From an uncultured Candidatus Micrarchaeota archaeon (lineage in GTDB: Archaea > Micrarchaeota > Micrarchaeia > Anstonellales > Bilamarchaeaceae): a stretch of 64,000 bases of DNA. The notes under the pieces were generated by a model. It was not told where the DNA came from, ran no database searches, and saw only the letters and a list, made by a program, of their open reading frames with translations. The translations under genes and the position numbers were made by a program. Below are positions 19,924 to 30,645 of the stretch, one piece after another. The DNA is taken from assembly GCA_963714085.1 (NCBI GenBank), contig OY970229.1, positions 1,472,001-1,536,000 of the forward strand, read 5' to 3'. Each line of letters opens with the position of its first letter. Position 1 is the stretch's first letter.

Positions 19924-20148
19924 ATGGCGGAACGAAGGCCTTTTGACGTGTTGAACAGCTCGCTGAACAACACAGTGATAATCGGGATGAAGGGAGGGTA
20001 CGAGTTCAGGGGCGTGATGGTCGCATACGACATACACATGAACATCGTGCTGGAGAAGGCGGAGCAGATGAGGGACGGCCAGGTCACCAGGGGCATGGGC
20101 ATGATACTCCTGCGCGGCGACTCGGTCACGTTCATCTCGCCGTCCTGA
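19924..20148 (+). CDS. Sm-like archaeal protein (Lsm/SmAP1)
   Basis: RPFDVL, YDIHMNIVL, LLRGDSVTFISP. Confidence 0.93.
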   Translation: MAERRPFDVLNSSLNNTVIIGMKGGYEFRGVMVAYDIHMNIVLEKAEQMRDGQVTRGMGMILLRGDSVTFISPS

Positions 20149-20299
20149 TGAGCGAAGCTCATCGGGGCATCGTTGCCATCTGGCAGCGGGGTCCTGAAAG
20201 GGAAATCTTTAAAAATTTCTCTTATCAAAGCTGTCATCACCTTTTTCTGAAAGGTTGGCAGCCAGAATGGATAATCAAACGTTATGGAGGATGAGTTGA

Positions 20300-21577
20300 A
20301 TGGCAAAGAAAGAACACCTGAACCTAGTGTTCATCGGACACGTCGACTCTGGTAAGTCGACGACAGTGGGAAGGATTCTGTACGAGACCGGAGCCATCTC
20401 CGAGCAGGTGCTGAACAAGCTCAAGGAGGAGGCGGCCAAGGTCGGAAAGGCGACCTTCGAGTTCGCATTCGTCATGGACGAGCTCAAGGAGGAGCGTGAG
20501 AGGGGAGTCACCATCGACATCTCCCACAGGGAGTTCGAGACCCCGAAGTACTACTGCACCATCATCGACGCGCCGGGGCACAGGGACTTCGTGAAGAACA
20601 TGATCACGGGCGCATCCCAGGCGGACGCCGCGGTGCTCATGATATCGGTCAAGGACGGCATCCAGCCGCAGACCAAGGAGCACGCGTTCCTCGCGAAGGT
20701 GCTCGGAATCAGCCAGCTGACCGTGAACATGAACAAGATGGACGCGGTGGGCTACAAGAAGGAGGAATTCGACAAGGTCAAGGCGGAGGCAGAGAAGCTC
20801 CTGAAGGGCATCGGCTACAAGATAGAAATGGTCAAGTTCGTGCCGTGCTCCTCGTACAACGGGGACAACCTGACCAAGAAATCGGACAAGATGCCGTGGT
20901 ACACCGGCCCGACGCTCATAGAGGTCGTGGACTCGTTCACCATCCCGGCGAAGCCGAAGGACAAGCCGCTCAGGCTGCCGATCCAAGATGTCTTCACCAT
21001 CACAGGGCACGGGACCGTGCCGGTGGGCAGGGTGGAGACCGGAGTCCTTAAGCCGGGCATGTCAGTAGTGATAATGCCATCTGGCGCGAAGGGCGAAGTC
21101 AAGAAGATCGAGATGCACCACCAGGAGCTCACGGAAGCCGGCCCTGGCGACAACGTGGGCTTCAACCTGAAAGGTGTCGAGAAGAAGGACATCAAGAGGG
21201 GAGATGTCCTCGGTCCGACCACCTCGCCGCCGACCGTGGCAGCCGAGTTCAAGGCGCAGATCGTGGTGCTCAACCACCCGACCGCGATATCGGTCGGCTA
21301 CACGCCGGTATTCCACATCCACACCGCGCAGTTCGCGGGCAGGATAACGGAACTCGTCGAGAAGAAGGACCCCAAGAGCGGCCAGGCTATGCCCGGCAAG
21401 CCGGAGTTCCTCAAGACCGGCGATGTCGGCGTTGTGAAGATACAGCCGCTCAAGAACGTCGTGATCGAGAAGTTCTCGGAGTTCCCGCCTCTGGGCAGGT
21501 TCGCCCTCAGGGACATGGGCCAGACCGTGGCCGCGGGAGTCGTGCTCGACGTCACCCCGAAGAAGCTCGAAGGGTGA
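20300..21577 (+). CDS. tuf: Elongation factor 1-alpha
   Basis: [41 protein letters not shown]. Confidence 0.99.
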   Translation: MAKKEHLNLVFIGHVDSGKSTTVGRILYETGAISEQVLNKLKEEAAKVGKATFEFAFVMDELKEERERGVTIDISHREFETPKYYCTIIDAPGHRDFVKNMITGASQADAAVLMISVKDGIQPQTKEHAFLAKVLGISQLTVNMNKMDAVGYKKEEFDKVKAEAEKLLKGIGYKIEMVKFVPCSSYNGDNLTKKSDKMPWYTGPTLIEVVDSFTIPAKPKDKPLRLPIQDVFTITGHGTVPVGRVETGVLKPGMSVVIMPSGAKGEVKKIEMHHQELTEAGPGDNVGFNLKGVEKKDIKRGDVLGPTTSPPTVAAEFKAQIVVLNHPTAISVGYTPVFHIHTAQFAGRITELVEKKDPKSGQAMPGKPEFLKTGDVGVVKIQPLKNVVIEKFSEFPPLGRFALRDMGQTVAAGVVLDVTPKKLEG

Positions 21578-21615
21578 AATCCTTTCTTTTTTATTCTCTC
21601 TTTTATCTTTCTCCC
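21578..21615 (+). terminator. Pyrimidine/T-rich terminator of the EF-1A gene
   Basis: cctttcttttttattctctcttttatctttctc. Confidence 0.55.
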
Positions 21616-21661
21616 TAAAACAAACCCCCTAGCGCGAGCCCGGGGAAGATGAAACGAAAAA

Positions 21662-22417
21662 TCATTGTCCGCCCGCGGCGCGCTCGACGACCGTCACCGC
21701 GAAAGCGCAGGCCCATGGGATGTTGGCAGCGACACGGACCCCGTTTCCGACGAAGTAAGCCAGGGAGCCGTGATAGCCGGTGGAGCCCTCTAACGAGTCC
21801 TCGGCCATCACGTAAGCATGTTTTATGCTGGGAACTGGACGCTCTGATCCTGACAGGCGGCTCCTGGCATCGAGCAAGATCAATGCGTCCCGCCTCGAAA
21901 GGACCCTGACATCCGCCTCGGTGAACCCATCAGTCACTGAGATGACATGCCGGTCGTCTACTCGCTTCAGCCTGAGCTTTTCCAGCCTGATGACCGCCAT
22001 GCCGACGGCCTGCCTCAGGCCGATTCTCCCGGAAGCCCCTCCTGGCCGCGCTATCGAAACACCCACGTCGGGTATCTCCAGGACGTTCTTGATGCCGTGC
22101 TCGACATAGACCCGCCTGTCCCCTAGCGGCTCATCTCTTTTTTCAAAAAAGCCTCTCGCATAGACTGCGTATTCGCCGGTCCTCATCCACGTATCGCTCA
22201 AATCGGGCGGCAGCGACCTCTTTATCGATTCGCGAACACCGGCTATGTACGATTGGTTGTGGTCTTCCACCAGCATGATCCGTTCGGTCTCAGGGGCGTA
22301 GAGCCCGCTTGAGCGGAGGGCGAACGTCATCCTCTGGGTGTAGGCGCCCTCCAACGGCCGTATCCTTCGGCCGTCTGGCAATCTGTAATTAGCTTCCTGA
22401 ACCGCCGTTGCACCCAT
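21662..22417 (-). CDS. Hypothetical protein
   Basis: 251-aa ORF with AGGTG RBS. Confidence 0.55.
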   Translation of the reverse strand: MGATAVQEANYRLPDGRRIRPLEGAYTQRMTFALRSSGLYAPETERIMLVEDHNQSYIAGVRESIKRSLPPDLSDTWMRTGEYAVYARGFFEKRDEPLGDRRVYVEHGIKNVLEIPDVGVSIARPGGASGRIGLRQAVGMAVIRLEKLRLKRVDDRHVISVTDGFTEADVRVLSRRDALILLDARSRLSGSERPVPSIKHAYVMAEDSLEGSTGYHGSLAYFVGNGVRVAANIPWACAFAVTVVERAAGGQ

Positions 22418-22532
22418 GTCTACACCTGATTGTCGTAGGTATACTGTGCATTGACGTACTTAAAAACCTATCTTTTGACACACTCCCGCCATGGCGGTCT
22501 CGAGTCCGCCGGGACCGTGCCGCCCCCCGGGC

Positions 22533-23501
22533 TCATACGACCGGTATGTAGCTCGTCTTGTAATTGCTCACCCGCGAGTAATACACGTATTCCTTGATAT
22601 CGTCCGGGAACCTGGTCCTCAGCCCATCCATTATCCTGATGAGCTCGTCGAAGCCCTGCACCTCGAGGTCTATCTCCACGTCGCTGGTTATCAGCGTCCG
22701 CTCTGCGTAGACGACGTTCGGCAGGGAAAGGGCATGGGCCTTTATCTCTTCGGTGCGGCCATGGTCCCTGAGCCAGATGTCGACCTTGTAGTACTCGTAG
22801 CCTAAGGCACTTATGTCTATTATCGGGCGGAACCCGACGATCACCTTCCTTTCTATCAGGCTCCGCAGGCGGTAGCGCGCCGTGACGATGCTCACGCCCA
22901 GCTTCTTCGCTATGTCCGTCAGGGAGGCGCGGGCGTTGTTCGAGATGAACGCGAGCAGCGCGAAATCGACTTTGTCGAGCTTCTCGATCGCCGTCTTGGC
23001 GATGGTCGCGAACGTCTCCTTCCCGTTCGCCTTGGACGGCAGCAGATACGACCTCGTGAACTCGAGGTACTCCGTCATGGTCGAAAGATGGGTGCTGGAT
23101 ACGTACTCTCCGAACCGTTCCTTGAAGGAGAACCAGAAAGCCTCGTATTCCCAGGGGTCGCGGGCCCATATCCCCAATGCGAGGTGGAACTGTCCGGTGA
23201 TGCGGTAGAAAACCGAGACGTTCTTGGCGTCCCGCAGGTAGTCCGTCATCTCCTCTTCTATCTTCGGGTTGGTGTTCTGCAATCTTATGTAGAGGCGGTA
23301 GACCGTGAATCCGAGCTTCGCGAAGTTTATCACCGTGTAATAGCCGTTTATGACGCCATCCTTCTCCAGCTGCGCGATCCGGTATTTCACGGTCTCTTTC
23401 GCGACCCGTATCCTCTTGCCCAGCTCGCTGTAGCTTATCCTCGCGTCCTTGTCCAGCTCCGAGAGTATCTTCCTATCCGTCTGGTCCAATTCCTTCATCA
23501 T
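22533..23501 (-). CDS. Lrp/AsnC regulator with two tandem HTH+RAM units
   Basis: LDQTDRKILSELDKDARISYSELG and LDKVDFALLAFISNNARASLTDIAKKLGVS. Confidence 0.9.
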   Translation of the reverse strand: MMKELDQTDRKILSELDKDARISYSELGKRIRVAKETVKYRIAQLEKDGVINGYYTVINFAKLGFTVYRLYIRLQNTNPKIEEEMTDYLRDAKNVSVFYRITGQFHLALGIWARDPWEYEAFWFSFKERFGEYVSSTHLSTMTEYLEFTRSYLLPSKANGKETFATIAKTAIEKLDKVDFALLAFISNNARASLTDIAKKLGVSIVTARYRLRSLIERKVIVGFRPIIDISALGYEYYKVDIWLRDHGRTEEIKAHALSLPNVVYAERTLITSDVEIDLEVQGFDELIRIMDGLRTRFPDDIKEYVYYSRVSNYKTSYIPVV

Positions 23502-23627
23502 ATTGGCTATTTCTTATGAAATAATATAAAAATCATTCTATTTTAGCAAAAAACCTGTAAAAACATTAATATAATCGTTAAGCACAATAGAATACAGAAA
23601 TTAACACATAAAACACGGTGACCCAAG

Positions 23628-24716
23628 ATGAAACTCCTGTACGCGCATGTGAAGGATCTGAACGTCCGGGCAGGCGCGAGCGATTCCCATGCCGAAAAAA
23701 AACTAAAGAAGGCGCTGGGCAGCTCTTTGCCCCAGCTGGACGAGCGCTCCATGATCACCAGCGCGGATAACGCGTTGCTGGTCTTCGCCAGCATAGAGAA
23801 GGGCGATGACAAGACGGACCTGGAGGAGGTCAAAAAGGACGTGCTTCGCGCGAGGGCGCTGCTGGGAGTCCCGGAGATAGTGATTGGAAGCTTCGCGCAC
23901 CTGAGCAATGATACGGCAGAACCAGGGCTTGCGAAAACGGTGGTTGAGAGGCTGCTTGAGCTGGTGCGTCTTGAGCACACGGCTACAAAATCCCTGCCAT
24001 TCGGGTGGGACAAGAGCTTGGATTTCCACCTGCCCCTGCACCACTACAACATGGCGCACCGGGAGTTCAAGCCGCCCGCGACGTGGGACGATTTGGCGGA
24101 CGATTACCACGCGTACATGCTGCGCACAGGCCATTACGAGGCGCAGTACCGCCTGCTGCATTCCTTAAAGCGCCGGCACATCCATGGGAAGGTGCTGGAC
24201 GTGGGATGCGGGGCAGGGGAGGTGTTGAAGTACCTCTATGCCGGGCGATCAGGAATATGCACGTACATAGGGTTGGACACCTCGGAACGTATGGTGAGCC
24301 TGGCAAAACGGAACAATGCGGCCTGTGCGGTTACGGGTAGAGCCCCATTCCCGGCCCGCTTCGTGCATGCAGGCGTCGAAACAGCGGAAGGCCCATTCAA
24401 AAGCGTCATACTGCTGAACAGTATCGGATACCTGGACATGGATTCCACGCTGGAACGCATAAAGGGCATCATGTCTCCAAAAGCGAAGCTGATAATCGGG
24501 GAGGAGGATCCTTTCGTCCCCGGTTTCATTGGAAAATGCGCCATGAGAATGAGGAAACTGCTTGAAAACGCCAGACATGTACCGGTGGAGGAACTCGCAC
24601 GGCTGATAAGCGCAAAAGGTTTCCTAAAAATTGACGAGAGCAGGGTTGACATAGACGGAGAGCACGGCCTGGTCGGGATGGTCTTCCAGAAATCCAGCGC
24701 CAAAGCCCGACCGTAG
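23628..24716 (+). CDS. Archaeal ThrRS editing-domain (DTD-like) fused to class I SAM methyltransferase
   Basis: ALLVFASIEKGD, FAHLS, PFGWDK, then VLDVGCGAG, IGLDTSERMV. Confidence 0.8.
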   Translation: MKLLYAHVKDLNVRAGASDSHAEKKLKKALGSSLPQLDERSMITSADNALLVFASIEKGDDKTDLEEVKKDVLRARALLGVPEIVIGSFAHLSNDTAEPGLAKTVVERLLELVRLEHTATKSLPFGWDKSLDFHLPLHHYNMAHREFKPPATWDDLADDYHAYMLRTGHYEAQYRLLHSLKRRHIHGKVLDVGCGAGEVLKYLYAGRSGICTYIGLDTSERMVSLAKRNNAACAVTGRAPFPARFVHAGVETAEGPFKSVILLNSIGYLDMDSTLERIKGIMSPKAKLIIGEEDPFVPGFIGKCAMRMRKLLENARHVPVEELARLISAKGFLKIDESRVDIDGEHGLVGMVFQKSSAKARP

Positions 24717-24720
24717 CGCT

Positions 24721-26100
24721 TCAGTCGATAATCTCCTTCAGCATGCCGGCGATCTCCTTGGCGTCGAAAGTGCCCTTGGTCTCCTGCATGACCTTGCCCA
24801 CCAGGAAGAACAGGGATTTCTGGTTCCCTGACCTGTAATCGAGGACCGCCTTCTCGTTCGCCTTCATGGCTCTCAGGCACGCGTCCTTCAAAGCCGACGA
24901 GTCCGCGCTCTTCAGCAGGCCGGAGCTCTTGGCGATATCGGTAGGCGTGGCCGCGCGCCCCTCTTTCAGAGCGTCCAGCAGCAGCGCGAGGACCTGGTCC
25001 GCGGCGTTGTCGGTTATCGCGCCGGATGAGAACAATCCGTAGAGCTCGCCCAGCTGCTTCGCGGTGAGCCCGCTCTTCCTGAACGCAAGGTTGCTTAGGT
25101 TAAGCTTCCTCCGCACCGGTCCGCGCATCCAGTTCGCGAGCTTCTGGGCGTCGAACTGGCCCGCGATGCTCTCATAAGCGTCTGCGAACTCCTTCTCTAT
25201 CACGAGCACGGACGCATCGTCCTTGCCTATCCTGTACTGCTTGACGAGCCGTTCCGCGCGCATGTCCGGCAGCTCGGCGACATCCTTGGCTACGCCCAGC
25301 CATTCCTCCTTGGTTATGCGCACCGGCGGGATGTCCGGGTCAGGGACGTAGCGGTAGTCGTCCGCGGTCTCCTTCTTCCTCATCCTTTTCGTGATCCCGC
25401 TGTTCTCGTCGAAATGCCTGGTCTCCTGGACGACCTCCATCCCCTGCTCGCGCATGGTCTGCTGCCTCTTTATCTCGAACGATAAGGCGTCGTAGACGTT
25501 GGAGAACGAGTTGATGTTCTTGACCTCCACCCTCGCGCCGCCCTCTATGCTCACGTTGGAGTCCACGCGCATGGTGCCCACGTCGTCCTTGATGGCGTCG
25601 AAGTAGCGGAGGTAATGCTCCAGCTTGCCCAGGAAGTCCCTGGCGTCCTGCGGGTTTTTCATGTCCGGCGCGGTCACTATCTCGGCCAGCGGGATGCCGC
25701 TCCGGTTGTAGTCAACCTGCCCTTCCTTGAGCTCGTACCTGCCAGGATCCTCTTCGAAGTGCACCTCCCAGATGCCGATAGAATTGAACTTCCCACCCTT
25801 TGCCAAAGGCCTGGAGGTCCGTTGATACCCAGAGGGAAGGTCTGGGTAGAAATAATGCTTCCTCTGCACGAACACCGGCGCATCCAGCTCCGGCTTCGCA
25901 CCGAGCATGGCCGCTATCCTGAGCGCGTTGCTTATCGCCCTTGCGTTGGGCGCCATGGGCTTCCCGCCTGGCTGGCCCGAGCATACCGGGCAGATGTTGC
26001 TGTTCGGTTCTGCGTGGCCGTAATCCGTGCGGCATTTGCAGAACAGCTTCGCATCCGTGTTCAGCTGGACGTGTATCTCCAGCCCTATCATGACATTCAT
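24721..26100 (-). CDS. gatB: Asp/Glu-tRNA amidotransferase subunit B
   Basis: IGLEIHVQL, RKHYFYPDLP, YNRSGIPLAEIVT, RVEVKNINS, DYRYVPDPD. Confidence 0.97.
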   Translation of the reverse strand: MNVMIGLEIHVQLNTDAKLFCKCRTDYGHAEPNSNICPVCSGQPGGKPMAPNARAISNALRIAAMLGAKPELDAPVFVQRKHYFYPDLPSGYQRTSRPLAKGGKFNSIGIWEVHFEEDPGRYELKEGQVDYNRSGIPLAEIVTAPDMKNPQDARDFLGKLEHYLRYFDAIKDDVGTMRVDSNVSIEGGARVEVKNINSFSNVYDALSFEIKRQQTMREQGMEVVQETRHFDENSGITKRMRKKETADDYRYVPDPDIPPVRITKEEWLGVAKDVAELPDMRAERLVKQYRIGKDDASVLVIEKEFADAYESIAGQFDAQKLANWMRGPVRRKLNLSNLAFRKSGLTAKQLGELYGLFSSGAITDNAADQVLALLLDALKEGRAATPTDIAKSSGLLKSADSSALKDACLRAMKANEKAVLDYRSGNQKSLFFLVGKVMQETKGTFDAKEIAGMLKEIID

Positions 26101-27458
26101 CTGTCCAGCCTCTCTATCTCCTCCATGAGAGAAAGGACTTTCGCGTCCGAGAACCTGCTTCCCAGCACCTGCATGCCTGGCCTGAACTTCCCTGCCTTGC
26201 CGAATGGCACGCTGCCCGCGGGTATGCCCGCCAGGTTGGCCGGCACGGTGAGTATGTCCGCCAGGTACATCTCCAGCGGGTTGGTCATCTTCTCCCCTAT
26301 CTTCCAGGGCAGCACGCTCATGGTCGGGCCGAGCAGCAGGTCATGCTTGGATAAAGCGTTCTCCATCGCCTTCTTCAGCACCGCCCTGGCTTTCAGCGTC
26401 TTTCCGTACCAGGCGTCCTGGTATTCCTTGGTGGTTATGAAAGTGCCGAGAAGTATCCTCCGCTTCACTTCCAGCCCGAACTTGTCGCCGCGCAGCCCGC
26501 TCACGTCTTCCACCATATTCTCCAGCTCGCGGTCTAATTTCCCGTATCTCAAGCCGTCGTATTTCTGCATGGCGCTGGAGAACTCCGCGAACACCGTAAG
26601 ATAATAAATCGGTATCGCATGCTTGAGCTCTGGTATGGAAATCTCGGAAATTGAATATCCGTTCTTCTTCAGCTTTCCAGTGAGCGAATGGAAACAATCG
26701 AGTATGCGCTCGTCCGCGCCCTCGAGGAATTCCTTGGGAACGGCTATGGACGGCTTGCCCTTGAATGAGAGATCAACGGTCTTCGGGGTCAGCGCGGTCG
26801 CCTGGTCGCGCTCGTCGCTCCCGCCTATGACCGAGAGCATGAGCCGGACATCGGAGACGTTCCTCGCGAGAGGTCCTATCTGGTCAAGGCTCATGGCCAT
26901 GTCCGCGAGCCCGTACCTGGAAACCAGACCGTAGGTCGGCTTCATGCCCGCAACGCCGCAGAAAGAGGCAGGGCATCTTATGGAGCCCCCTGTGTCAGAG
27001 CCTAAGGCGATGTCGGCGAATCCCGCGGCTACCGAAGCCGCGCTTCCGCCGCTGCTCCCTCCCGGGACGCATTCATGGTCAAGCGGGTTCCTGGTCTTCA
27101 TGATCGCGCTGTTCGTGGTGTCGCTGCCGCAGGCGAACTCGTCCAGGTTCGCGCTCCCTATGATTATCCCGTCTTCTGCCTCGATGCGCTCGACCACCGT
27201 GGCATTGTAGGGCGCGACGTAGTTCTCGAGCATCTTCGAGCCGCAGGTGAGACGCTTCCCGCTGTAAGCTATGATGTTCTTCACGGCGATGAATTTCCCG
27301 GCGAGATGGCCGAGCCTCTTCCCGGAAGCGGCTTTCGCGTCGAGCGCTTTCGCCTTGGCTAACGCTTCCTTCTCGTATACCTCTATGAACGCTCCTATTT
27401 TCCCGTTTTCCCTCTTGATTTTCTCAAGCAGGCCGGAGACGCGCTGGGTGTATTCCAT
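26097..27458 (-). CDS. gatA: Asp/Glu-tRNA amidotransferase subunit A
   Basis: PGGSSGGSAA, GSDTGGSIRCPA, KPTYGLVSRYG, EVKRRILLG. Confidence 0.97.
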   Translation of the reverse strand: MEYTQRVSGLLEKIKRENGKIGAFIEVYEKEALAKAKALDAKAASGKRLGHLAGKFIAVKNIIAYSGKRLTCGSKMLENYVAPYNATVVERIEAEDGIIIGSANLDEFACGSDTTNSAIMKTRNPLDHECVPGGSSGGSAASVAAGFADIALGSDTGGSIRCPASFCGVAGMKPTYGLVSRYGLADMAMSLDQIGPLARNVSDVRLMLSVIGGSDERDQATALTPKTVDLSFKGKPSIAVPKEFLEGADERILDCFHSLTGKLKKNGYSISEISIPELKHAIPIYYLTVFAEFSSAMQKYDGLRYGKLDRELENMVEDVSGLRGDKFGLEVKRRILLGTFITTKEYQDAWYGKTLKARAVLKKAMENALSKHDLLLGPTMSVLPWKIGEKMTNPLEMYLADILTVPANLAGIPAGSVPFGKAGKFRPGMQVLGSRFSDAKVLSLMEEIERLDR

Positions 27459-27462
27459 GCTA

Positions 27463-27747
27463 TCAGTCCATGGATTTGGGCGCTATCAGCAGCCGCCCGT
27501 CCTTGCGGCCGAACTGCGCGACTATCGCGTCGGCCTCCTTGCCCTTGGCAGGGCTGTCCTGCCTCCTGCTTCCCGAGCCGCCACCGACGTAGAAGAGCGG
27601 CTCCCCACCGGAGCCCAGCTCGCTTATGCTCGAGAAATATTCGAAAATTGCGGAGAACTCGGCCTCGAGCCTGGAGATCTCTGCTTCGCTGAGCCTCACC
27701 CTGGAGAGTTCGGCCATCTTCTTGACCAGGTTCTTGTCTATCTTCAT
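27463..27747 (-). CDS. gatC: Amidotransferase subunit C
   Basis: VKKMAELSRVRLSEAE; position between aspS and gatA. Confidence 0.85.
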   Translation of the reverse strand: MKIDKNLVKKMAELSRVRLSEAEISRLEAEFSAIFEYFSSISELGSGGEPLFYVGGGSGSRRQDSPAKGKEADAIVAQFGRKDGRLLIAPKSMD

Positions 27748-27758
27748 TTGGATTTCCT

Positions 27759-29084
27759 CTAGGGGTTCATCCTGTGCTTGTCCCTCGGGAACATTATGGC
27801 TTCGCGGATGTTCTCGAGCCCGCAAACCGCCATGGTGAGCCGGTCGAGCCCTATGCTCCAGCCCGCGTGAGGCGGCGCTCCGAGGCGGAACGCGTCGGTA
27901 TAAGATTTGAAGTATTCGGGGTTCATGCCGCGGGCCGCTATCTGCTTCTCCAGCAGGTCCGGGGTGTGGATGCGCTGCGCGCCCGAGCATATCTCCATGC
28001 CGCGGTATATGATGTCGTAGGACTTGCAGAGCTTGGGATTGTCCTCATAAGGCATGGAGTAGAACGCCCTCACCGAAGTGGGATAGTCCTTGACTATGAG
28101 CGCCTCGCTTTTCACAAGCTCGCACATCTTCGCCTCCTGCTCCTTGGAGAAATCATGGCCGAAGCGTATCTTGTCCCCGGCTGCTGAGAGCCTCTCCACC
28201 AGCTCGGTGTAAGTGAGCACCGGAATCTGCGCCGGAAGCACGAACTCCTTCCCCAGGACCTTGAAATCAGCGCCGTTCTTCTCCTTCAAGCGCGCGAGCA
28301 TGCTGGTGAACACCCGGGACAGTATCGCTATCGCGTCGTCGTTGGTCGCGAACGCCATCTCTATGTCCATCTGGTGTATCTCGTTGATGTGGAACGGGCC
28401 TTCATGTTTTTCGGCCCTGAACACCGGCGTGGTCATGAAGACCCTCTCCATGCCGCCTATCACCGCCAGCTGCTTGTAGAACTGCGGGCTCTGGCCCAGG
28501 AACGCGGGCTTGTCGAAATAGTCCAGCTTGAATAACTGCGCGCCGCCCTCGGTCGCGGTGGATACTATGCACGCCGGGTTTATCTCCTCGAATCCGAGCT
28601 GCAATAGCACTTCCCTGAAGCCCGTCTCCAGCGACGCGCGGATGTTGAACACCGCCCTTGTCTTGGCGCACCTGAAATCCAGGGAGCGGTTGTCCAGCCG
28701 GACGTTGAGGCCCGGCTCGTTCTTCTGGTCCGGATAGAAGGCGGGGGTCTGGTAGACCTTGCCCAGGACGGTTATGCTCTCGGCCTCCAGCTCTATGCCA
28801 TTCGGAGCCCTGGAGTCCTTCTTTATCTTCCCTTTGACCTGTATCGTGGATTCGCGCTCGAGTTTCTCCTCGAGCTTGAAGGGCACCTTGATCTGCAGCC
28901 TCCCGCTCCCGTCCCTGAGGGTGACGAATGCCAGCGCGCCCATCTCCCTCACGCCATGCACCCAGCCGGCCACGGTGACGGTCCTGCCGTCGTCCTTCTC
29001 GCCTATCTCCGACAGGTAGCGCTCCTTCATCGAAGTGGACGTGGCCAGCTTGGCTGTCGGGTCTTCCTGCGAATAGTCTGACAT
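27759..29084 (-). CDS. aspS: Non-discriminating aspartyl-tRNA synthetase (archaeal type)
   Basis: VAGWVH, TEGGA, QSPQFYKQ, FRAE, EICSGAQRIH, PPHAG; operon with gatCAB. Confidence 0.93.
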   Translation of the reverse strand: MSDYSQEDPTAKLATSTSMKERYLSEIGEKDDGRTVTVAGWVHGVREMGALAFVTLRDGSGRLQIKVPFKLEEKLERESTIQVKGKIKKDSRAPNGIELEAESITVLGKVYQTPAFYPDQKNEPGLNVRLDNRSLDFRCAKTRAVFNIRASLETGFREVLLQLGFEEINPACIVSTATEGGAQLFKLDYFDKPAFLGQSPQFYKQLAVIGGMERVFMTTPVFRAEKHEGPFHINEIHQMDIEMAFATNDDAIAILSRVFTSMLARLKEKNGADFKVLGKEFVLPAQIPVLTYTELVERLSAAGDKIRFGHDFSKEQEAKMCELVKSEALIVKDYPTSVRAFYSMPYEDNPKLCKSYDIIYRGMEICSGAQRIHTPDLLEKQIAARGMNPEYFKSYTDAFRLGAPPHAGWSIGLDRLTMAVCGLENIREAIMFPRDKHRMNP

Positions 29085-29156
29085 AACGATTGTTCACCTA
29101 TTAGCAGGGGATATCTCTTACCAAATATTTTTAATTGCCTAGGCACGGGGAACCTG

Positions 29157-30107
29157 TCATTCCTTTCTCTGCTGCATGGCCCGGGTCATGTTCTTGGCTG
29201 CTATCATGTCGTCCGTCATCTCCATGAGGTCGTCAACGTACTCCGCTATGCGTATGCACCTCTCCAGCACGCCCCTGGTCGCATCCCGTTTCTTCCGGTT
29301 CTCCTCTTTGTCGGATTGCGAATAGAGCCTGGCAAGCTTCCTCTTGCATTCGCTGTTCAGGTCGTGCAGCTCCTCAGGCGAGGCCTCGGCGAAGAAGTTA
29401 TCCATCACCTTCTCGTAGACCGACCCTATCAGGGAAAGAGCCTCGGTCGTCTGCCTGCTGTCGCTCCCCCCCGGGAGCTCCTTGGCGATCCCCTCCGCAT
29501 GGTCGGATATCCGCTCTATGCTTTTCGCGGCCAGGGCCTTGCTTATGGTGAGGGCAGGCCTCATATTCTCCATGCTGAGCGCCCGGAGCAATAATATATA
29601 GAGCCGGTCTATCTCCTTCTCGCGCCTCTCGACCTCGTCCTTCAGCTCGGTCTCCCCTTCCTTCATGCGGGAGCAGAGCTGTATGAGCGTGAGGCAGCCG
29701 GTGTGCATGCGCCTGAGCAGGGCGTCTATGCCTATGTTCTTGTCCTTGTAGAAGATGTCCAGCGTTATCTCGTCGCTCTTCTCCTCGGATATCTCCACGC
29801 CGCTGAGCAGCAGCCTCGCCTCCTCGGCCACGGTCGCGCTGTTGTCCCCCTTGAGCACGATCCTGTTCGCGCCGGCCAGGTAGGCGGCTATGATCCTCTG
29901 CAGGCTCTTCTCCACGTTCTTCGAGTTGTTTATGCGGGCCACGTAGTCCTCGTTCCTGGACCTCATGCTTATCGTGAGCGAGGCGTCCTCATTCTCGCTG
30001 ATGGCCGCCTCTGTCCCGGCCTTTATGCCGTTCCTGTCCGCCCAGCTCTTGGGCAGCGATATTATGTACGTCGATTTCCCGGTCTTCTGGATCCTGCGGT
30101 ATTCCAT
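29157..30107 (-). CDS. AbrB-PhoU phosphate uptake regulator family
   Basis: RRIQKTGKSTYIISLPKSW, EIDRLY, ERISDHA. Confidence 0.9.
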   Translation of the reverse strand: MEYRRIQKTGKSTYIISLPKSWADRNGIKAGTEAAISENEDASLTISMRSRNEDYVARINNSKNVEKSLQRIIAAYLAGANRIVLKGDNSATVAEEARLLLSGVEISEEKSDEITLDIFYKDKNIGIDALLRRMHTGCLTLIQLCSRMKEGETELKDEVERREKEIDRLYILLLRALSMENMRPALTISKALAAKSIERISDHAEGIAKELPGGSDSRQTTEALSLIGSVYEKVMDNFFAEASPEELHDLNSECKRKLARLYSQSDKEENRKKRDATRGVLERCIRIAEYVDDLMEMTDDMIAAKNMTRAMQQRKE

Positions 30108-30313
30108 TTTTCCACCTTTCATATAGAAGAGCTTACGATATATATTCCTATAGTCATAACTATATTCTATATGGCTTAGGTATATAAGCACTCCCCAGGC
30201 TCTCATTCCTCGGGGATGATAAAAATGGAAGAATATACTAGGAACATATGGGAGTTCATCGGGATCTGGAACGGCGAAAGCTCGAGGGACTGGTTCTGCA
30301 AGGTCGATGGGGA

Positions 30314-30613
30314 ATGAGCAAAGCAATCGAGCTGATGCTGGAAGAGCTGGAGGTCACGAGCAGGGAGGCGTCGCTGTATGTCGCCCTGCTGGAGAGCAGG
30401 AGGGCGGACATCCGTGCCGTGGCGAAGAAAGCGGGCCTCGGGCGGGCCGAGGCCATGGCAGCGCTGGAGCGACTCGTGGAAAAGGACCTCGTGCGCCGCA
30501 GTCTGAAGGACGACATGGTCGAATACACCGCGAAGGACCCGGTCGAGCTCAAAGTGATGCTCAAGAAGAAGAATCTCCTGTCCCTGCTCTTCAATTCGAA
30601 CTGCCTCTTGTGA
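30314..30613 (+). CDS. TrmB-family HTH protein
   Basis: LEVTSREASLYVALL...VAKKAGLGR...LERLVEKDLV. Confidence 0.82.
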   Translation: MSKAIELMLEELEVTSREASLYVALLESRRADIRAVAKKAGLGRAEAMAALERLVEKDLVRRSLKDDMVEYTAKDPVELKVMLKKKNLLSLLFNSNCLL

Positions 30614-30645
30614 GCCTAGCGCGCATCTTTCAATCGGCGCAATAC

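Noticed and set aside
20143..20205. CTGATGAG...GAAA resembling a hammerhead ribozyme after the Lsm gene
   Set aside because: CTGATGAGC pairs fully with GCTCATCGG as a simple hairpin, and GAAA does not follow stem II
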